From contig OZ024742.1 of assembly GCA_964016885.1 (NCBI GenBank), positions 112,716,001-112,780,000 of the forward strand: a stretch of DNA of 64,000 bases. Reading direction: 5' to 3'. The stretch's first letter is position 1, and every line of letters starts with the position of its first letter. The stretch comes from Eledone cirrhosa (taxonomy: Eukaryota). Shown here one piece after another: positions 60,588 through 64,000 of the stretch. Made by a program: the position numbers and the translations under genes. The notes under the pieces were generated by a model. That model searched no databases, was not told the origin of the DNA, and saw nothing but the letters and a program-made list of their open reading frames with translations.

Positions 60588-61050
60588 ACTACAACTAAAT
60601 TTTGAGTAATGCCATCGCTTGATACTTACGCGCAGGAGCATTTTAGTCCGGCTAGGGTCGTATCTATGGAGCGAAATCCGTGATTGAGGCTTCTTTAAGT
60701 GAGAAAAGGTTTTGCCCGGGAAGAATCCCACTCTCTGAACATCGGATGCATTTACCCAAAATATAAACATGGTCTACATCATTGGATGCAAACGAAGTCG
60801 CAGATTTCATATCTGAGTGGCCTCCTCCTATAGAGATGTCCTAATGAAGACTAGGAGTCTCTTGATCCACAACAATCCCTCTTTATTGGTGGGATTACCG
60901 GTTTAGTCGCCGACAACGCGTCCATGCACAGTTTGAACTGGGTTTCATGTTACCAGTAGCAATAAGGAAGGAGCTGGCATCGAATGGTATTCTAAATGTT
61001 TTTAATTAAACATACAGTATATTGCCTAATATACTATACATACATTCATA

Positions 61051-61095
<45 letters not shown>

Positions 61096-61099
61096 ATAT

Positions 61100-64000
61100 G
61101 TATATATATAAATTATTTCTCAGGAATTGAACTGTTTCGTACAACGAAACATCAGGAATATGTATATAAATAATATTAGTGGGCTGGTTAGCTACAAAAA
61201 CGAGCACAGCTTAGTATGTTCATCTTAGATTGCGGCTGTTTCCCAATGAGTATACATGCCCATCTGACCTGTGTTTCCTTGTGCTTGTTTCTATTACATT
61301 AATACTGATTAAAGATGTTCAACATGTTTTCAGTTTGAAAGGTATGTTTATATATCTACATTTTAAGAATGTCTTTATCTATGTACACCTTCACACGTTC
61401 TCAGTTACAGACTAAGAATAAATACAAATTTAACTTTATTGAACTGTTCGGTTACTTAGTGCATAGCAACTCAAATCCGTAGAGTAAGTTTGAACATACT
61501 TATTAAGGCCAGTTACTACATCCGTGTCATAAAAGGTATATGTTTATTCAAAAAGAGAAATACAGAAAAAGCAGAAGAACCCCAAATCAAAGGCAGATAA
61601 TCTGGGGGTTTAGTGAAGACACTTTGGACAAGAATTGAACAAACCTTAAATTAACTAATAGATATGAGGGGGCTAGAAAAAATTGAAGATGCATATCAAT
61701 ATTAAGGGGGCCACTCCTTTAAAATGTATTTAGAACCATAAGAACATCGAGTGAAGAAATATGTGTGTTAAATGAATTTGTTATTGTTGTAGAGACTATT
61801 CAATACCCCCCACATCTCGTCATTAAATAATCTGCAGATTTTGAGCATATTTATTGATAGTAGAGATGTTTTTAATATCTTCCATTTGATGGAGAGTTCA
61901 ATGTTATTTTGCTTGCGTTGCCATATTTAATGTACCAACTTTGTCGTGTTTCATATATTTGGGTATCTGAAAGACGATTCGTGATTAAAGAAGCAATTTT
62001 CAAACTGGCTGTCTGACATAACTAAGTATTTCCAGGATTCTTTCCAATGCTTTTAATTCAATGGAAATTCCTCACGTTCGTATATTTGCATTGTTGATCA
62101 GCGGGCATTAAACAAGATTTTTAAAATAACATCAATATGTTTCGGGCTGTTTTCATGCTGAAGGTGTGACTTCATTTCCTAGCACAGGAGTATCCCATTT
62201 TAATCATATATCGGATAAAGATCAGGTGGTATTTCTTTCCTTGGGGATGGTGTGAATCTATGATGACTAGAAACTTATTTACGAGATTAGTGTTGACATT
62301 TAACGAGAAAAGGGGAGAAAACCAGATTTTAGTTTTTTTTCTAGTTATTTTTTCCTAATAGTGTTTTGGAAGTGACCTGGAGTGTAGGAAATAATCTTGG
62401 AGAAACTGCTATTGCATATGTCAATATTATAGTATTCGTAAATGTTCGATATTTTGAAATGGCCTGGTTAGAAGAGAGGTTAGAAATCTGCTTGCTAATA
62501 TTCTTAACTAGGGTTATAGAACGGTTAATGAGCGTGTGTACGGCGGTCTAGGTTTAAATATGAGAATTTAACACTAGTGAGTTCGGTGTATAAGTGAGGT
62601 TTAGCCCAAGATCCCTAAAAGTGTGATTAAAACTTTCCTAAAAATGCCGTGCGTGTGGCCATTCATATGGCTGATAATGACAATACTATCCTCACGGTAT
62701 ATACCCATCTGGAAACCCTGAAATTTCGTGTATAGGCTATCCAGGAAAAAGAGCTCCATGTAATCACAAATATCCGCGCTGCCAAACGCATATCTAAGAA
62801 CACCAAAGCAGTCGTTTGTTGCCGAATTCTGTAACCACAGTCGGTCCAAGAGATACATATCCCTACATTTACTGGCGAATTCCAGCGCCCCATCAGGTGT
62901 GTCAATGGATGTCGTTGGAAAAACGTCCACGATATCGAATTGGACGAATCTGGCTCTAACTGTATGCTTGAGGGAGTTAAACCAATATAGCAACGCTTGG
63001 CTATTTCGCATTGGTTAAACTGTTATTGTCTATTGATATTCCTATTCAAGTCTCACAGTAGTTTCTTACTGACTAGACCTAATTCTATCTTAGCAGGGTT
63101 AATACATGTACATGTCGGGATTGTTAGGAATTCATCGGCATGGTCATAGTGTTACACAAGCTTCTGTCTTCGCTGCGTATTCTAATCTATTTTCTATCCT
63201 CGTGGTAGTGGCGATGCATTTATCATTTTTTGTTAATAGGGTTATATGTGGTGAGTTCTACTTTTCAATATTTGGATCGATAGACTTGTTTAGTGATTTT
63301 CTGCGGGTGGTAGTATCGAGTACATAGAGGTTGTTAATTTCTCTCTGGTAGAACGAAATGTTAACTGGAAGATGGACAATTTTTACCTCCTTATTTAAAT
63401 AGTTTTGGAAAGGGGCAGAGTGTTTACCGAAGGTGTTGTTTGGTACTAGATTAATTAGAAAAAGAAACATGTCCATTTTCTTAGGTGGTTACTTTGTAGA
63501 TTTTAAGTAGAACGTATTCACAGTGCCAGATAATGTTCCACCAAACACCTATGCACTCCATCGAAGGCGTTTAATCAATGCATGGCTCTCTGTTGGGGAA
63601 CTTTCGAGTTAGTCCTGTTTGAAGGGGTCGGAATTTTCTTTAGAGAGTAGTCTATTTCGCAGAGATTTTCTAATGGATAGATTTGTGATTGTAGTATGAA
63701 CTTCGACCAAAACTCTATCTTTTAGACACGCACGGGAATTGTGTAGAGGATTGCAAGCAAACATAACATCGTAACCACTCCCACATATGTTATAATTTTC
63801 CTCTTCTCCCAATATCATTCAGCTTTATTAATAACGGAATTCGTAACAGATCCCACGGAAGAATTCCTATACTTTCGCAAAGGTTATATTTACATGAACA
63901 ATGGAATCGTTTGAAAAGAACGAATATACTTTTGTTGACAGCATCAGTATAAATTTACCTATGATGGTACAATAACGTGCAATGTATGAATTCAATTAGC
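61100..64000 (-). mobile_element. Decayed Penelope-like element (RT + GIY-YIG endonuclease region); boundaries approximate
   Basis: NPAKIELGLVSK (~63065-63100), FVQFDIVDVFP, FGSADICD, GIYREDS and IWFSP.FSLNVNTN (~62290-62330) resemble PLE motifs; degenerate CTGATG..GAAAC near 61133-61156. Confidence 0.75.

Noticed and set aside
60600-61000. GC-richer island that might be a LINE 5' UTR or a SINE
   Set aside because: No second copy, clear pol III boxes or termini that I can support.

Overview
Eukaryotic (animal) genomic DNA made almost entirely of transposons and microsatellites. No host gene can be called. The SINE and the microsatellite content suggest a cephalopod or other mollusc, but that is an inference. 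The window holds a cluster of microsatellite-targeting non-LTR retrotransposons. (i) There are three R4/Dong-clade families (RT + CCHC + restriction-like endonuclease; A, B and a decayed C); A and B sit in (TAA)n. (ii) There are five Tx1/L1-clade copies (ORF1 + APE-RT ORF2) that enter the same microsatellite on the opposite strand as (ATT)n, except one divergent family that sits in (ATCT)n. (iii) A tRNA-derived SINE, RTE and Penelope-like remnants, and MITE-like inverted repeats are also present. The only full-length uninterrupted ORF is Tx1 ORF2 (38220-41639). Main observations: a candidate GT-AG intron that removes the Tx1 ORF1 stop codon and fuses ORF1 in frame to ORF2 in two divergent families; a 7.3-kb direct duplication (offset 11238) whose breakpoints fit a retrotransposition-mediated duplication that built a chimeric Tx1; and a covarying 3' stem-loop (loop CTTGT) shared by the Tx1 families and the SINE. 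All comparisons were made by eye and from the supplied ORF track.
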